From Camelus dromedarius (taxonomy: Eukaryota), in assembly GCF_036321535.1 (NCBI RefSeq), contig NC_087436.1:83206001-83270000 (forward strand): a stretch of 64,000 nt of DNA. Reading direction: 5' to 3'. Shown here piece by piece: positions 12,401 through 27,400 of the stretch. The position numbers and the translations under genes were made by a program. The notes under the pieces are model-generated. The model searched no databases. It was not told the DNA's origin and was given only the letters and a program-made list of their open reading frames with translations. Each line of letters starts with the position of its first letter. The first letter of the stretch is position 1.

Positions 12401-15400
12401 TAATTGCATTTTAAATTTTGAAAGATTTTGCCAAATGACAGAAGTCAGGGCCACCATGTTGCCCAACTTTAAGTAGTCACCATTTGCATTGTCATCCATG
12501 GCAGCCCTGACAAAAGATGTACCAGTTTACACTTCATCAACAAATATGAGAGGCATCGACCCACACACTTTTCCATAGTGTTAACCAAGGTTTGGTCTTT
12601 TACCATTTCAAAAAGAAGACTCTCTTAGTCTGAATTTCAGTTTTCTCATTATGAGTGAAGTTGTGCTGTTTTTCCTATGTCTCAGTCCATTTTTCCATTT
12701 GTTGTTGGTATTTTTCTTTTTTATTTAGGAACTTCGAATCTACTAAGACAATTAGTTCTTTATCAATAATATGAGTTGCAATTTCTTTCCTTTAGGTTAT
12801 TAAAATTTTTTTTACTTTGTGGTACTATTGCCATGCATAATTATTTATAAACATTCTTAGGCAGCCTTCTATATTAGCATTTTCTCTTATGATTTCTAAG
12901 TTTGGGTCATACCTCAGAAAGTTTTCCTCATGCTGAAATTTAAAAATTTCCCATGCTCCTACTAAAACTTTTATCATTTTGTTTTTATGTTTAAGTCTTT
13001 GATCTCTATGGAGTTTATCCTGATTAAACTTCATTTTTCCTTGGATCAGTTTCCAACTGTCACACATTTATTAAATAATCTATTTCACTATCCACTAATA
13101 TACAATGCCACCTTCATCATATACTAGAGTCATGTGTATTTGGGTCCATTTATGAAGCCTCTTATATGTTAATCTACTTTTCATGCATCTGAGTCATACT
13201 ATTTTAATTATATTGGCTTGAAAATATATTTTAACATCTGATATGTTTGTTTCCTGAGAATTGTCTTTTAAAGGACAAAAACTCAGTTTGTAATCTCAGT
13301 GATATTAAAATATTGTTATTGAGCTAATTAAAAATATGTCCATTTATACCAGGTATTCATAAAGTCTGAAAACATATATAATATTATTTTGCTTTTTACA
13401 GATTGAAAATATCCTTGATGCCATTATATGTCTTGTATGTATGCGTACATTCACTCAATGTATGTTTTCAGACCTTATAGATACCCTATGGAATTTTCAG
13501 TTTGGAAATCATGAAATTAATCAAGTAATCAAACACAAATATGGATGATCAACAAGTTCCTTCAGAAACCTCAATTTGAGCTTTTAATTCCAATGATACT
13601 TAATCAGGAAAAACACTTCTTTTTTCCATACCTGTGAGTAGTCAATGTTGCCCAGGATGTTATCTTTAGAAAAAATATTTTATGGGTTATGCCATCAGAA
13701 CTGGGAAATATGATCTCTTTCTTACATTAAAGAACTTAGTAAAAGCTGAGGGAGTGTTTTGGGAGGTGCATATTTATCATGGCTGATTTTACCCCCCTCA
13801 GAGCAGTGTTGGGCATCTTTGCAAGAATCCTCTCTCAACACACTGGTCCAGATGCTTAAAACTGCCGTTGTCTCTCAAATGTATCATTGGACTGAAACCA
13901 TTCAGAGTCACAACAATGTTAAAGTTCTTCTAGAAATGATGAAAGAAGTGTATAAGGTAAGGGTTTATCTAAAGGAATGTATATACCATTTTACTAAATC
14001 AAGATCCCTTAGTTCTTAGCCAGATGGAGCCTTATTTTGCTTTATTTTCCACAATAGAATGATAATATTTTATTTAGCCCTTAATAATTCAGGATTTTGC
14101 TTGTTTTGCTAAATGGATAGACTCTGGAGGATATATAATATATTAGAGGCACAAATACTCAGATGTGAGAATGATTCAGCATTTTCATTAGCGTACGTAA
14201 CACAATCCAGAAGTAACCTAAAATTAGGCTACTAATAAATCTAATGATTATTTGGGGGTAGGGAAGAGACAAAGCATTTAAAATAAAATAACAGAATTAA
14301 ACTGATACTGTTCGAGGGAAAGACAATTAGCTAAAATAAGATGCTTTTATAATATAAATTGTTAAATTGACAATCAAAGCAAATTTCATCATAAAATATC
14401 AATTTCAATAGGAGAAAATATTATGTATAAAAGTTAGTGCTTTTCAGAAGTAATAATGCACTGATATTTCTAAAGTAGTATATATCTTCCCCTCATCTTT
14501 ATTGAGATTATAATTGACATAGAACATTGTGTAAGTTTAAGGTGTACAGTGTGTTGATTTGATACACTTACATATTACAAAACACTTATTTATTATAAAA
14601 TGATTACCACCATAGCTCTAGCTGATACCTCCATCACATCCCATAATTTCCATTTCTTTATTGTGAGAACACTTCATATCTACTCTCTTAGCAACCCTCA
14701 ACTGTGTAGTATAGTGTTGTTAATTATAATCACCATGCTAAACATTAGACTCCCCAGAACTTATTCATCTTATAACTAGAAGTTTGACCAATATCTATTT
14801 CCCCCACCCCCCAGCTTCTGGAAACTACCATTCTACTCTGTTCTATAAGTTTGTCTTTTTTAGATTCCACATATAAGTGGTATCATACTATATTTGTCTT
14901 TCTCTGTCTGACTTATTTCACTTAGCATAATGTCCTCATGGTCTGTCCATGTTGTCATAAATGGCGGAATTTCTATGTTTCTCATGGCTGAATAATATTC
15001 CATTATATATATACACTACATCTTCTTTATCCATTCATCTGTCCATGAACATTTAGGTTGTTTCTCTGTCTTGGCTGTTCTAAAATAATGCTGCAATGAA
15101 CATGGGACTGCAGATACCTCTTCGAGAGAGTTATTTCATATCATGGGTATATACCTAGAAGTGGGATTACTGGATCATATGGTGGTTCTATTTTTAATCT
15201 TTTAGGAATCTCCATACTGTTTTCCATGGTAGCTACACCAATTTACATTCTCACTAACAGTGCATAAAGGTTCCTTTTTTTCCACATCCTTGCCAACATT
15301 ATTTGTGTTCTTTTTGATGACAGCCATTCTAACAGGTATGAAGCGATATTGCATTGTGGTGTTGATTTGCATTTCCTTGATCATTAGTGATGTTGAGCAA

Positions 15401-18400
15401 CTTTTCATGTACCTGTTGGCCATCTGTATGACTTCTTTGGAACAGTGTCTGTCCAGTTCCTCTGCCCATTTTTAAATGGGATTGTTTGACTTTTTTCTTT
15501 TTTTGCTCCATTATGTGACATCTGTATATATTTTGGATATTAATTCCTTATCAGATATATGGTTTGCAAATATTTTCTCTCATTCCATAGATCGCCGTTT
15601 CATTTTGTTGGTTATTTCTTGCTATGCAGAAGCTTTTCAGTTTGATGTAGTTTCATTTATTTATTATTACTTTTGTTGCTTGTGCTTTTGGTGTCATACC
15701 CCAAAAAAATCATTGCCAAGACCAATGTCAAGGAGCTTTTCCCTGATGTTTTCTTCTAAGAGTTTTACGATTTAGGTCTTCTGTTTAATTCATTAATCCA
15801 TTTCAAGTTAATTTTTTTGAGTGGTGTAAAATTGGGGTTCAGTTTCATTCTTCTGCATGTGGTTATTCAGTTGTCCCAACTGCATTTATTGAAGAGATTA
15901 TTCTTTCCCCAATGATTATTCTTGGCTCCACTGTCAAATATAAATTGACCAAATATGTGAGGGTTTCTTTCTGGGCTCTTGTTTCTGTTCCATTAGTCTA
16001 TGTGTCTGTTTTTATGCCAGTACCATATACTGTTTTGATTACTATAGCTTTGTAGTATAGTTGTAAATCAGGACGTGTGATACTTCCAATTTTTTTCTTC
16101 TTTTCAGAATTGATTTGACTATTCAAGGCCTTTTGTTGTTCCATACAAATTTTAGAATTGTTTTTTCTATTTCATGAAAAGTGTCATTGGAATTTTAAGA
16201 GGGATTACATTGAGTCTACAGACAACTTTAGGTAGTATGAACATTTAACAATATTTTTCCAGTCTATGAACATGGGATATCTTTTCATTTCTTTGTGTTT
16301 TCTTCAATTTCTTTTATCATGATCTTTCAAAGTATAGATCTTTCATCTTCCTGGCTAAAAGTTTTTCCTAAGTATTTTATTGTTTTTGGTGTTATTGTGC
16401 ATGGCCAGAGTTTTAAGAACACAAATAAGAATCATGAGGAGTCAAATATTTTTCAAAGTAATCTATAAAAGGGAAATGTTTGACATAAAATAATTGGGGA
16501 TTTAAAAAATAAGAAAATGTATGAGGGCTTAAAAAGATGTTGGGTAATAGACTCCTTTCATTAGGAAAAAGTATGCATCACAATCTGTAGTTTCATCACA
16601 TTTTTCATTCCTGATATTGGTTATTTACCTTTTTTCCTAGATTAGTCTTACAAGGAAGTTGTGGGGTCTTTTTCCATAAGATGCAACCTTTTAATTTGTT
16701 GATCTTCTATCCTGTATGTCTGCTTTTTATTTCCTTAATTTAAGTTCTTAGATTTCTTTTTTCCTGGTTTCTAACTCTTGGATTAATTTAGATTAATTGG
16801 ATGTGATGGAGGCTTACTTAGATCATTGCTTTTCCAGCATTGCTTCTTCTGGGAAGCCTTCTTTTGAACCCTGTTAAGTCCTTCTACAATCAAAACTGTA
16901 TCCTGTGTGCCTAATTACTTGCTGTTTTTACCTACTAGACCATGGGTTGGCAATCTGTGCCCATGGACAGCCTCTTGTTTTTACAAATAAAGTTTTATTG
17001 GGACACATCCACACTCACTTATTTACATACTGTCTATGGTTGTTTTGTGCTACAGCCATGGAAGGGTTGAATAGTTGCACTAGAAACTATATAGTCCCAA
17101 GCTCAAAATATTTACCACCTGGATTTAAGAAAGAGTTTGTTGACTGCTCTACTAGACAGTAACCTATGTGTAAGCCAGGACAGTTTTCAGCTTATGCTAT
17201 GTCTCATGCCTGACAAATAGTGTGTGCTAAATTAATATTCACTAATTCACAGAGAAAGGCTTGAATTTGTCGAAAGTACATTGGATTTTTTTTGTTTTTG
17301 CTGCTTTTATTCTCAAGATCTAGAAACTGTTTCCAGTGAAACTGTGCCCTAAGAATTGGTTTACTAATGTCTGCTGTAAACATTTTATACCTTTTACAAT
17401 ATGTATGAAAATTGGAGACATTACAGATCAAAAAATGGAAGTTTTATAGAACTCTACTTCATCGTTGACAAATGCATGGGGTTTATAGAGGTTTATTCTA
17501 ATTATCTATATACTAGCCATATATAAAATAGATTAAATCATTTATTGATAGAAAATAAAATTCACAGGTCCTATTATCTTTAAGGTAAACAAAGCTAACC
17601 GTCGACTATCAGAAAATGCTTTCAACATAAGTGAACTCTCCACTTGTTTGAACTTTTATCAAGAGAGAACAAGAGTGATCTTTAGGAATAACAACCTGGT
17701 AAGAATAACATTTCTACTTTCTGAAATTTTTCATACTTTCAAGGGAGACAAATTAGTAGCTATGTAGGTGTCTCATTGATAAATTAAGATTTGAAAATTT
17801 TCTCACTGCAATGCTTAATTTGCTAAAGCAGAAAACTGAAACATCTTTCAGTCGCAAAACAAATGGATTTTCTTAGGAATTTGTTTCTGGGTAACTTGTA
17901 TTCTTAAAAGCAGATTCTGAAAACTATGGAGGGAAATAATTTAAGGTGATGAGATAAAGGAATGAAGTATTTTTTTCTTTTGATTATCAAAACTGTTACC
18001 TCTTTTTAATTTTTAGATGTTTGAAGAAAACCTCAGTCCCACTATTTTCAGTGATTATCCATTTATCTTTAATTTGCTCTCCAAAATTAGATTATTACAA
18101 GCTGATTCCCATATAAAAATGCTGGTATGTATGTCTTACTTTTTATTATGCAAAATTTTCATACATATACAAAATAGAGATAATGGTATATTGAACCCCA
18201 GCACAAAGCGTTATAAGTCATTGACGTTTTGCCATACTTTCTTCATCTGTCATTTTTGTTGTTTTTGTATTTGTTGTTATTTTTGTTAAAGTACGTAAAG
18301 CAAATCCCAGGCCCAACTTCTTTTCACTTCTCCATACTCAGTGCATTATTTCTGGTTGTTTCACATTTGTTCATGCTGAGATCATCAGTGGGTTCAGGTG

Positions 18401-21400
18401 GTGACCACTTGGTTCTTCCATGGTAATGTTTCCCATCAAACTCTTTTTTTTTTTAAATTGAAGTATAGTCGCTGTACAATATTATGTAGATTACAGATGT
18501 ATAATATAGTGATTCACAATTTTTTTATTTTATACTTCATTTATAGTTGTTATAAAATATTGGCTATATCCCCATGTTGTAAAATATATCCTTTTAGCTT
18601 ATTTTATACCTAATAATTTGTACCTCTTACTTTCCTACCCCTGTATTGCCCCTCCCTTCTTCCCTCTCCCCACTGGTAACCACTAGTTTGTTCTCTATAT
18701 CTGTGAGTTTGCTGCTTTTTTGTTTTATTCACTAGTGTGTTATATTTTAGATTCCATATATTAGTGATATCATACAGTATTTGTCTTTCTCTGTCTCACA
18801 TAACTGCATTTAGCATGAAGCCCTCCAAATCCATCCATGTTGCTGCAAATGGCAAAATTTTCTTTTTTATGGCTGAGTAGTATTGCATTGTATGGATATA
18901 CTATATCTTCTTTTCCATTCATCTGCTGATGGACACTTAGGTTGCTTCCATATCCATAGGTAGAATGATGCTTAATGTTTTTTCTTTAATAATTAAATGT
19001 TGCCAAATTACTGTACATAGAGGTTGCATCAATTTATGTTAATTCTAGCAATGTATGAAATGCCTCTTTCATACACTCTCACCAATGTAGTGTTAACTAA
19101 GCTTTGTGATCTTTTCCAATTTGATGTGTTAATCGTGACATTTAAGTTTAAGTTTAATTGTGTTTCTTATTATTATATAATGTCTGAGTCCTCATACTCT
19201 TTAGATAATATTCATTGTTCTATTATCAGCAATACTGAAATTATCTAGTAATTGTTCTTTCTCTCCTTCTTCCTTCTCTTCCTCAATCCAGTTTTAGTTA
19301 CTATTATGTTCTTAGTGGTAGTCTTTAGATTTTCATATTTGCTAAAGAGTCTTGGAGCTTGATTTATAAGCCACAGCTGATAGCTTTTATTACCAGATTA
19401 TGCCTATGAGTCATTCACTGAGTTTATTCTGCTTTCTACCTAGCCTCCCTTCTGCTTCTTTTCTAGTAGTTGCATTATTCCCACACAACATTTATGTGCT
19501 ATTTTGTCTCTGTTACCACCATCAGACTTAGTATTTATAATGCTCACCGTACCCCTCACCCCCAGACATTATGCTAAAGATTTTCCAAACATTTTCTGAT
19601 TGCTGAGATTTGTTTTGTAGGCCATTTCTCAGGAAAGGTTTGTATCTGTTTATCTGTGATATTTATATTTTAAAGACTCGCAAGAATCAGAAATCATGCC
19701 TATTACTTTCATTAATAATTCAAAGGATCTAGGCCATCTAGGTGAAACATGGAGAAGCCTAGGACATCATATGCAGAAAAGGAGCCTTTTCAGTTATCAA
19801 GTATTTCCTTTATAAACTCTATTGATTATAAAGTTTACATGGCATTTTCCAGTGAGCCATGGCCTCATAAATTTATACATCCACAGTTTATTTGTAATAA
19901 GCAACCTAGATGGATAAGGTACATTCTGCTAAAAGCATTCTGTAGATAAGGACTCTTCCTCTAGTTCCTATTGTTAGTATCTGTCGTCTGCATATTTACA
20001 AGAAAATTTGACTGAATCATCTCTTCTTTTGTTTCCCAACTACTCCTTAAAAATTTTTTCCCTAACATCCCTGGTTACAGGAGAAAATAAATTAAATCCT
20101 TCCCTGCATGGTATTTTCTTCAACAGCAGTGCTCTGTCTAACCTGTCTACTCTGTTAGTGAGGGTTGAGTGGACAGTGGACCCAGGCAGGTTGCATACCA
20201 TGAAGCACTAGGAGAGGTTTGAGGACAAGAAAGCTCTAGTTGTAGTTGTCAAGGGTGAAGTCAGAAAGCAGCCTGCAGAATCCTGTTCTCCAAAGGAGAG
20301 ATGATGAGCATAGTCAAAGCTGTAAGCTCCAAACTGCATTACTGATTCAAATACATCCATGCAGGAAGGGGAAACCAATCCACGGAGAAGGGGAGTAGAG
20401 ACACTGGGAAATAAGATAAGCTGTAGGTTTCTAGTCCAATTCTCGGTTAGGTGAGAGAAGGGTTGGCCCACAATAGGCCACATACACTTCTTGCGACAAT
20501 CAGTGGAGGACACTGCTGGCCAGTCCTTGTCACTCAGAGCCACGGGACATGTTGCCCAGCAGTCGGTCTCGCTGAAGCGTCCCAGAGCTGCAGACTCCAG
20601 GGCCACAGGAAGAGATGACCCACCACCAGGAAGGACCAGACATGGCACTTGTTCTATTTCTCTACAAATCTGGAATTTCTTTACAATAAACATCTTAAGG
20701 AAAAAGCAGAAGAATCTAGTGGCATCACATATAAACTTCCTAGGACTTAGTGCGGCAGAAATCTGGGACAGGGCTTTCCCAAGCCTACAGCCACATGCAC
20801 ACTTCTCTGAGATGCTTGTAAAGAGCTTAACTGGACAACCACATTCAGCCTGGGAACCTGAAGTAGGATAGCTAGTGTCCACTGTCACTGTTGCAGGACA
20901 GGCCCCAAGAGAGTTGTATACACAACTCCTAGGTTTCTCAGTTTCACAGCTCCTATGATCTCTTTATCTTCCATAGTGTATATACAGTGCTCTTTTCCTT
21001 AAATAATTACAATATGAGTACATATAGCAATGGTAGGCATAAATGAATGCTTTATAAAATATGTTCATTTGAAATATTAAACAATTCCTAGTATCCCTAT
21101 GAGAATTCCTAAAATATTTCTTTTTCTAGGAATCAGAAGGAAAAAAAATTTGGCAAATGATTCTTTCAGGAGAAGCTGAATTCCCTCCACCACTTCCATT
21201 TACACTTAGAGTCAGACGAAGTCACCTAGTTGAAGATGCTCTGCGTCAGTTAAGCCAAGCTGAAACCACTGACCTCCGGAAAGTATTAGTGGTACAGTAA
21301 AAAGTCTCATTGGACATTTTTACTAATATGGGAGGAAAACACTGATATAATATAGCAGAGAAGAGCCTGCATTTGCAACTACAGTTTGCAAGCCTAACGG

Positions 21401-24400
21401 GTGCCAGGATTCCTTGCTTACCCTTCAGAGAAAAGCTATGGGATGTTTAATTGAACATTGGGGTTATGAGTTAACTATTAGTTACTGATGGCTACAGAAA
21501 TGCTGCGTAATGAACCATCCCAAAGCGTAATGACTTAAAATAGCAATAATTTTACAAACCTGCAGTTTGGCTGAGGGTCTGGTTGATGTAGGTTGAATTC
21601 ATCTGGGTGGCTTTGCAGATTTCATCTGTACTTGTTCACCTGGTTGGGAGTTGGCTAGGGATTAGCTGATCTAGCCTAGCCTGGCTGGGGCAGTCTGGCC
21701 CTGCTTCCTATGTTTTCCATCTTCTTCCTGAGACCCTCAAGCATGTTCTTCTTACAGCAGTGTCAGAGGTACAAGACAGCAAGCCCAGTCACTCGACAAA
21801 CGATGCTGTAATCAAAGCAAGTCACATACCTGAGCCCAAACTGAGGACTGGCAAAATACTCTCAGCCTCTTTAATGGGAGGAACTGCAAAGTCACATGCA
21901 AAAGACACGGATCAGCAAGGGGTAAAGAACTGGGGCTTTGAAGGCAAACAACAAGCAGCAGGTGGAACAGATACTTTTCCTACATTGTGTCTCTAGTTTT
22001 AGTCATAGACTTTCTACTATATTGGTTCCAATTCTAGCCATCCTTCACTTCATCTTTTGTGGACACCTGTAGGGTTTTACTGTGTGGTACCTCAGATGGC
22101 TTGCCCACAGAATAATGAGTAACTTTGTAGATTAGAGCTGGAGTCTGCCCAGAAGGGAGTGGCTTTTCTCCGTATTGGTCATGAGGGAAGAGTCAGTCTC
22201 TCAGAGAAGAAGTGAGAACCGAAGGTTAGGGCTCAGAGAGGAGAGGTATGTTTCCCAGCCTGCAGCTCTAATGGGTAACAAGGCAACTACTTTATGAGCC
22301 AGACTTGCTAGTTGTTGTCTCCTTCTGTACCTATTTTGCTTTAAGTCTTGATTATGAGGAAATCCATAGAAGATGATTCCTCCTACAGGAGATGACAAAG
22401 AGGTAAGAAGTAAACTTCAAGACAGATCCAATCAAAATACAGACTCTGAACAAGGTAAGGTTGTCAAGGCCCTTTCTGAGCAGGTCCTGACCATGGTGAA
22501 GGCAGACTTGCTAGTGTAAATGAGCAGAAATAAGAAAATCGGAAGTAAGTTTAATTTATTGGGATATCCAGTTGGAATGTGAGGCAGGCCCTTGGAAATG
22601 ATGGACTGTGGCCAAGGAGTCAGTTGATCAAAGTGGCAGTAAATAAGGTCTTCTAGGCAAAGAGAAGAGAAAGAGAACTTGTAGTGAAGCTTAGGGATAC
22701 GATATTAGAAAGATACAAAGAAATAGGCAGGAGAAGAAGTATAGAAGCGTTAGTCAGAGAGGTAGGAGGAAGCCAGGCTAGCACTCAACTACAAAGTCCA
22801 AAGGTAGACTTCAGAAAAGAGGGACTGGTTCTTAATGATTCCCACACGAGGGCTCTGGGCAGTCAGATCTGAAGGTTCCTACAAAGGTGCCGGGCCCAGG
22901 CTGACTGAGAGATGTGTTTGTCAGCAGTCCTGATGAGGGGAGAGGCAGGAGAAACCAAGTAAGTATTGACTGGAGCCCAAGTTGTAAAGCCTAAATGATG
23001 AGATAAAGAGAGGTCAGATAGAAGAACTGAGGAATTTAGTGGCCCAGGGGTTTGAGGCACATTAAAATTTAGTTCAGGACGCTGGTCAATGTAACTGGCG
23101 AATGCTAAGTCTTGCTGGAATCCCACCTCACTTGGTTCTTGTGGCCGTGTGGGGACCCAGGCACTCTCTATACTGTAATCTGACAGTAAACAGGTTCATG
23201 GCATCTGCTTCTTAGAAAGCAAACTGAGGGAGAACAGAGTGCAGTGAGGTCAGGAGAGTGGACTCTGGGAACTCTGGTGCCTGCAGGAGGTTTGAAACTT
23301 TTCCTTAAAAGTAAAGGCATTATGTTTTGAAACTGGACCTAGGAGTGTGTTTTCTTTTCTCAGGTTGAATTTATTAAAGAAATTCGTTCTGTGGGGGAAG
23401 GGGTGAAGTCCGAATTCTTCCACTGTATATTTGAAGAGATGACCAAGAAAGAATATGGAATGTTCATATATCCTGAAGAGGGTTCCTGCATGTGGTTTCC
23501 TACTAATGTGAGTCTTTTATTTATTTTCTTATGGTTTATCAGAACAGAAAATGTATACCGTGTCCTATAACATGAAAACCATGCTAATGTAAAATTGGGT
23601 CATGTCGAGCCTTGCTACTCAAAATACGGTCCATGGAGCAGAAGCTCCAGCGTTAGAAGAGCAGAACCTTGGGCCCAGGTCAGAATGTGTATTTTATAAG
23701 ATTCCCCAGGTGATTCGTATGCTCATCAAAGTTTTAAACAGTTTGAATAAAGTATACTTGAGATATAATAAATGGCACATAAAGTGTCTAATTTGATAAA
23801 CTTTTATATACATCTATACCTGTGGAACTATCACCACAATCAAGATAATGAACATACCCATTCCCCAGGGTTTCCTACATCCCTTTTTTTTTTTTTAATT
23901 CTTTTTTTTTAATGGAGGTACTGGGGATTGAACTCAGGACCTTGTGCATGCTAAGCATGTGCTCTACCACTAAGCTGTTACCCTCCTCGACATACCCCTT
24001 TCTGATCCTACTCCTCCCTGCTCCTACTCCTTGCTGCAGGCCCAGGCAACCACTGATCTGACTTCTATCACTATAGATTAGTCTGAATTTCCTGGAATTT
24101 TACATAAATGGAATTACAAGTAGCCTTTGTGTCTATCTTTCACTCAGCATAATGACATTGAGACTCAGGCATGTTGTTATATGTATCCATAGTTCATTCC
24201 CTTTGATTGCTGAGTAATATTCCATTGTTTAGATGTACTGCACTTCATTTATGTAGTCGCCTACTGATGGATATTTGGGTGGTTTCCTACATTTTAAGAG
24301 GCAGTAATCTAGTGTTTCAAATTAGAGGAGAAATTGTTAGTAGAATCCTAGAGATAATTGCTAATTCTAACAAGGTAATTCATTTCTGCAAGGATTATAT

Positions 24401-27400
24401 TTTTACAAAGATCCTCGAAATGTAAACATTTTCTTGAAGTAACACCAAAAAAAGCGTCTTCATTTCTGTGTTAGTAACACAGAGCAAATAATTCTAAAGA
24501 GAATCACATGTCGAACTTCCTATTTATCCATTCCCTTACCCATAAACTTCCAAATGTTCTTCCAAATGATGTGGTAGAATTTGGAGTCCAGGAAAAGACA
24601 GGGGACAGGAGAAGACAAAGTACTGAAAAAGTACTGAAAGGTGTTCTGTATCTTTTTGAGAAGGAATGAACCCCTAAAAGTGGTCAAGGAGTGCCAGTGT
24701 TCAGATTTTTTACCAATCAACAAGTTTTTATTGACTGTTTCTTGAAGTTCCCACATTGTATTAAATATTATAGAAGATTCAGATTAGTATACAACACAAT
24801 CTCTTTCCTCTCAAAACTTTTTGTATATGTAGATGGAGCCAAAAGACTGAAATACCAGCAACTTCAGCAATTTTTTGAAATTATGGACTGCCAACTTCAA
24901 GTGTTATAACAGTCGCTGGGAACATGGTGGGGGAGGTGGGGTGGGAAGGGAGCTCTCATGTGGGATTAAAAGCACAGACTTACAGTCTTGAGTGATGTTG
25001 AGTGTGTCATTTAGCCCCTCTGAGTTTCCAGTTTCCTCACCTAAAAAATGGCTGCTGTAATTTCTGTTCTGCCTGCTTTGTGGAGCTGTTGTGAGAATAA
25101 AACAAGATAAAGAACGTCAAAGTGTGACAGTACCATGAAAACTTCAGGGCACTGTACAAATATAAGAGATTCTTTATTAGGAGGAAAAGAAATCGGGGGG
25201 ACTGAAGTGATTGGAAAAACTGTCTTAGAAAAGTGGAGACCTGAGGTTGATATTGAAGGATAAGGACTAAACATATCAAAGAGATGCAGGTGGGGAATGG
25301 AGAAGAGGAAAATAAACCTTATGTCAACCCTCAGATGGAGGTGGTTTGTCCCCATTTTACAGATGAAGAAACTGAGTCTCAGAGAGATTAAATAAACTGT
25401 CCAAGGACATTCAGCTTGCAAGTGACCAAGCTAAGAGATGAATTCAGGGCTTAAAGCCTTATACTATAGTGCTGGATAAAAAACACAGAGACAAAAGTCT
25501 GATTTGTGTATGGCTCAGTGAAGAGGCACAATCAACTAGACCAGGGGACACCTTACAAATACAGGAAATAAGACTGATTAGGTTAGAGGAGGTCACCTTT
25601 CGCGAGTACTCATATTGAACTTTTTAAAACTCGTTTTCAAAATTCAGATGCATTTTTAACATAGGGCAAGTAGACTGAGGCACAGACTAGTATGTGGGTG
25701 GCCTAAAATCATGCACCTGCTAATGGCAAGGCTGACACTGGAACTGGAATCTCAGAATTTTTAAGCTAGTGATCTCTTGGTTGGGCTGCAGCGATGGCTT
25801 GGCCAGACGTGGCCAGTGTCTTCCCTCATCTGGGACTACAAAGGGCAGAGAGGAGAGTGAAGCCAGTTTCATCAGGACTCTTTCCTTCCTCCTTCCACCG
25901 ACCCTCACGGTCAGCAGCACCAGTCACCTTTCCTGGCCCGTATGCTTGTCCATAAGCATACCTGGGTCCAGGGCTGCATTGTTGAAGGGGACGGCACTCC
26001 TCTGCACTACACCTGACATGCCTGGTGCCCACTGCAAGTGTAGATAAAGTGTACCCTTCCTTCCCTAGTGTCGTTTTTCTACACAAACTTGAAGGCAGAC
26101 TGTAAAATTAAACAGTGAAAACCTTGGTTTATAAAGCTATCTGAGCATATTTTTTCGTAGTCCAGATGTGCTATTAGGAACAAAAAGCAAATTCATTTAT
26201 TTAACATTTGTATTTTGACCAATGGAAGAAATTTAAATTGCATTATAGTTTGTGTGAGAATCTCAAATTTTGATTTTCCTGAAGCCCATTTTGTTTCTAA
26301 TTTGTGACTTTTAGAAAAGGGAACCAAACCACTTTTTTTAAACTAATATACTTATCCCTTTGGACTATTGATTATTTATAATACATTAAGGATTTTTTTC
26401 TTCTCCTTTTCCAGCCTAAATTTGAGAAGAAGAGATATTTCTTCTTTGGGATGCTGTGTGGACTCTCCCTTTACAACTTAAATGTTGCTAACCTTCCTTT
26501 CCCACTGGCTCTGTTTAAGAAACTTCTGGACCAAAAGCCATCACTGGAAGATTTAAAAGAACTCAGTCCTGTTTTGGGGAAGTAAGTAACCATAATGGCT
26601 TTTCCAGGACTGTGTATCTAGTCAGTCTCAGTTAGTCAGGCAAAAATAATGTTACACACACAGATACGCAGACACATAGAGACACACACAGACACACAGA
26701 CTTCAGTTTCAATAAATGCATATGTTCTTTAGATGAATTTGAATTTTAGCATGACTTATAATCCAGTAAATGTTCAAAAATGGAGAAAAGCCAAATGCTC
26801 CTCTAGTTATCAGCCAGTACAATAAACAGTACAACAAATTGGTCTCTTGAATTTATCCAGATGGAAACAGTTGTTTGGGACAGTATGATATTCTTAATGA
26901 GAATCATGCAGGCTATGTTTATTTTAATAAATCATATTTAATTTATTTTAATAAATCAGCATGTTATCAACTTTATTTTTTAAGGATTGAGAAATACATG
27001 TTCTAAGTTAAAAGGCAAACTATAGCCTGTGAGGAAAATACTGGCAACACATGATAGACAAAGCATTAATATTTCTGATGCATAAATATATATGGCTATA
27101 TATGTGTATATATAATCAAAAAAATGAAGATATGCTCAACCTTACTAGTGATCAAGAAAGTGCAGACGAAAATGAGATATCATTTTTCTGCTTACAGATT
27201 GATGACTATTTAAAGGTTTTCATAAAATATAGAGTTGGCAACAGATGGGGGAAAAGGATTCTGACAGTCCAGAGCAGGGTTTCTCAACCTTGGCAATCCT
27301 GACATTTTGGGCTGTGGAAGGCTGACCTGGACGTTGTAGGCATGTTTAGCAGCACTTGGGGTTGCTATCTGCTAGATGCCGGTAGCAGCTCTCCCTTTAA

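Noticed and set aside
15202..15775. ORFs with L1 ORF2p similarity
   Set aside because: Fragmented, 5'-truncated L1 remnant, not an active element.
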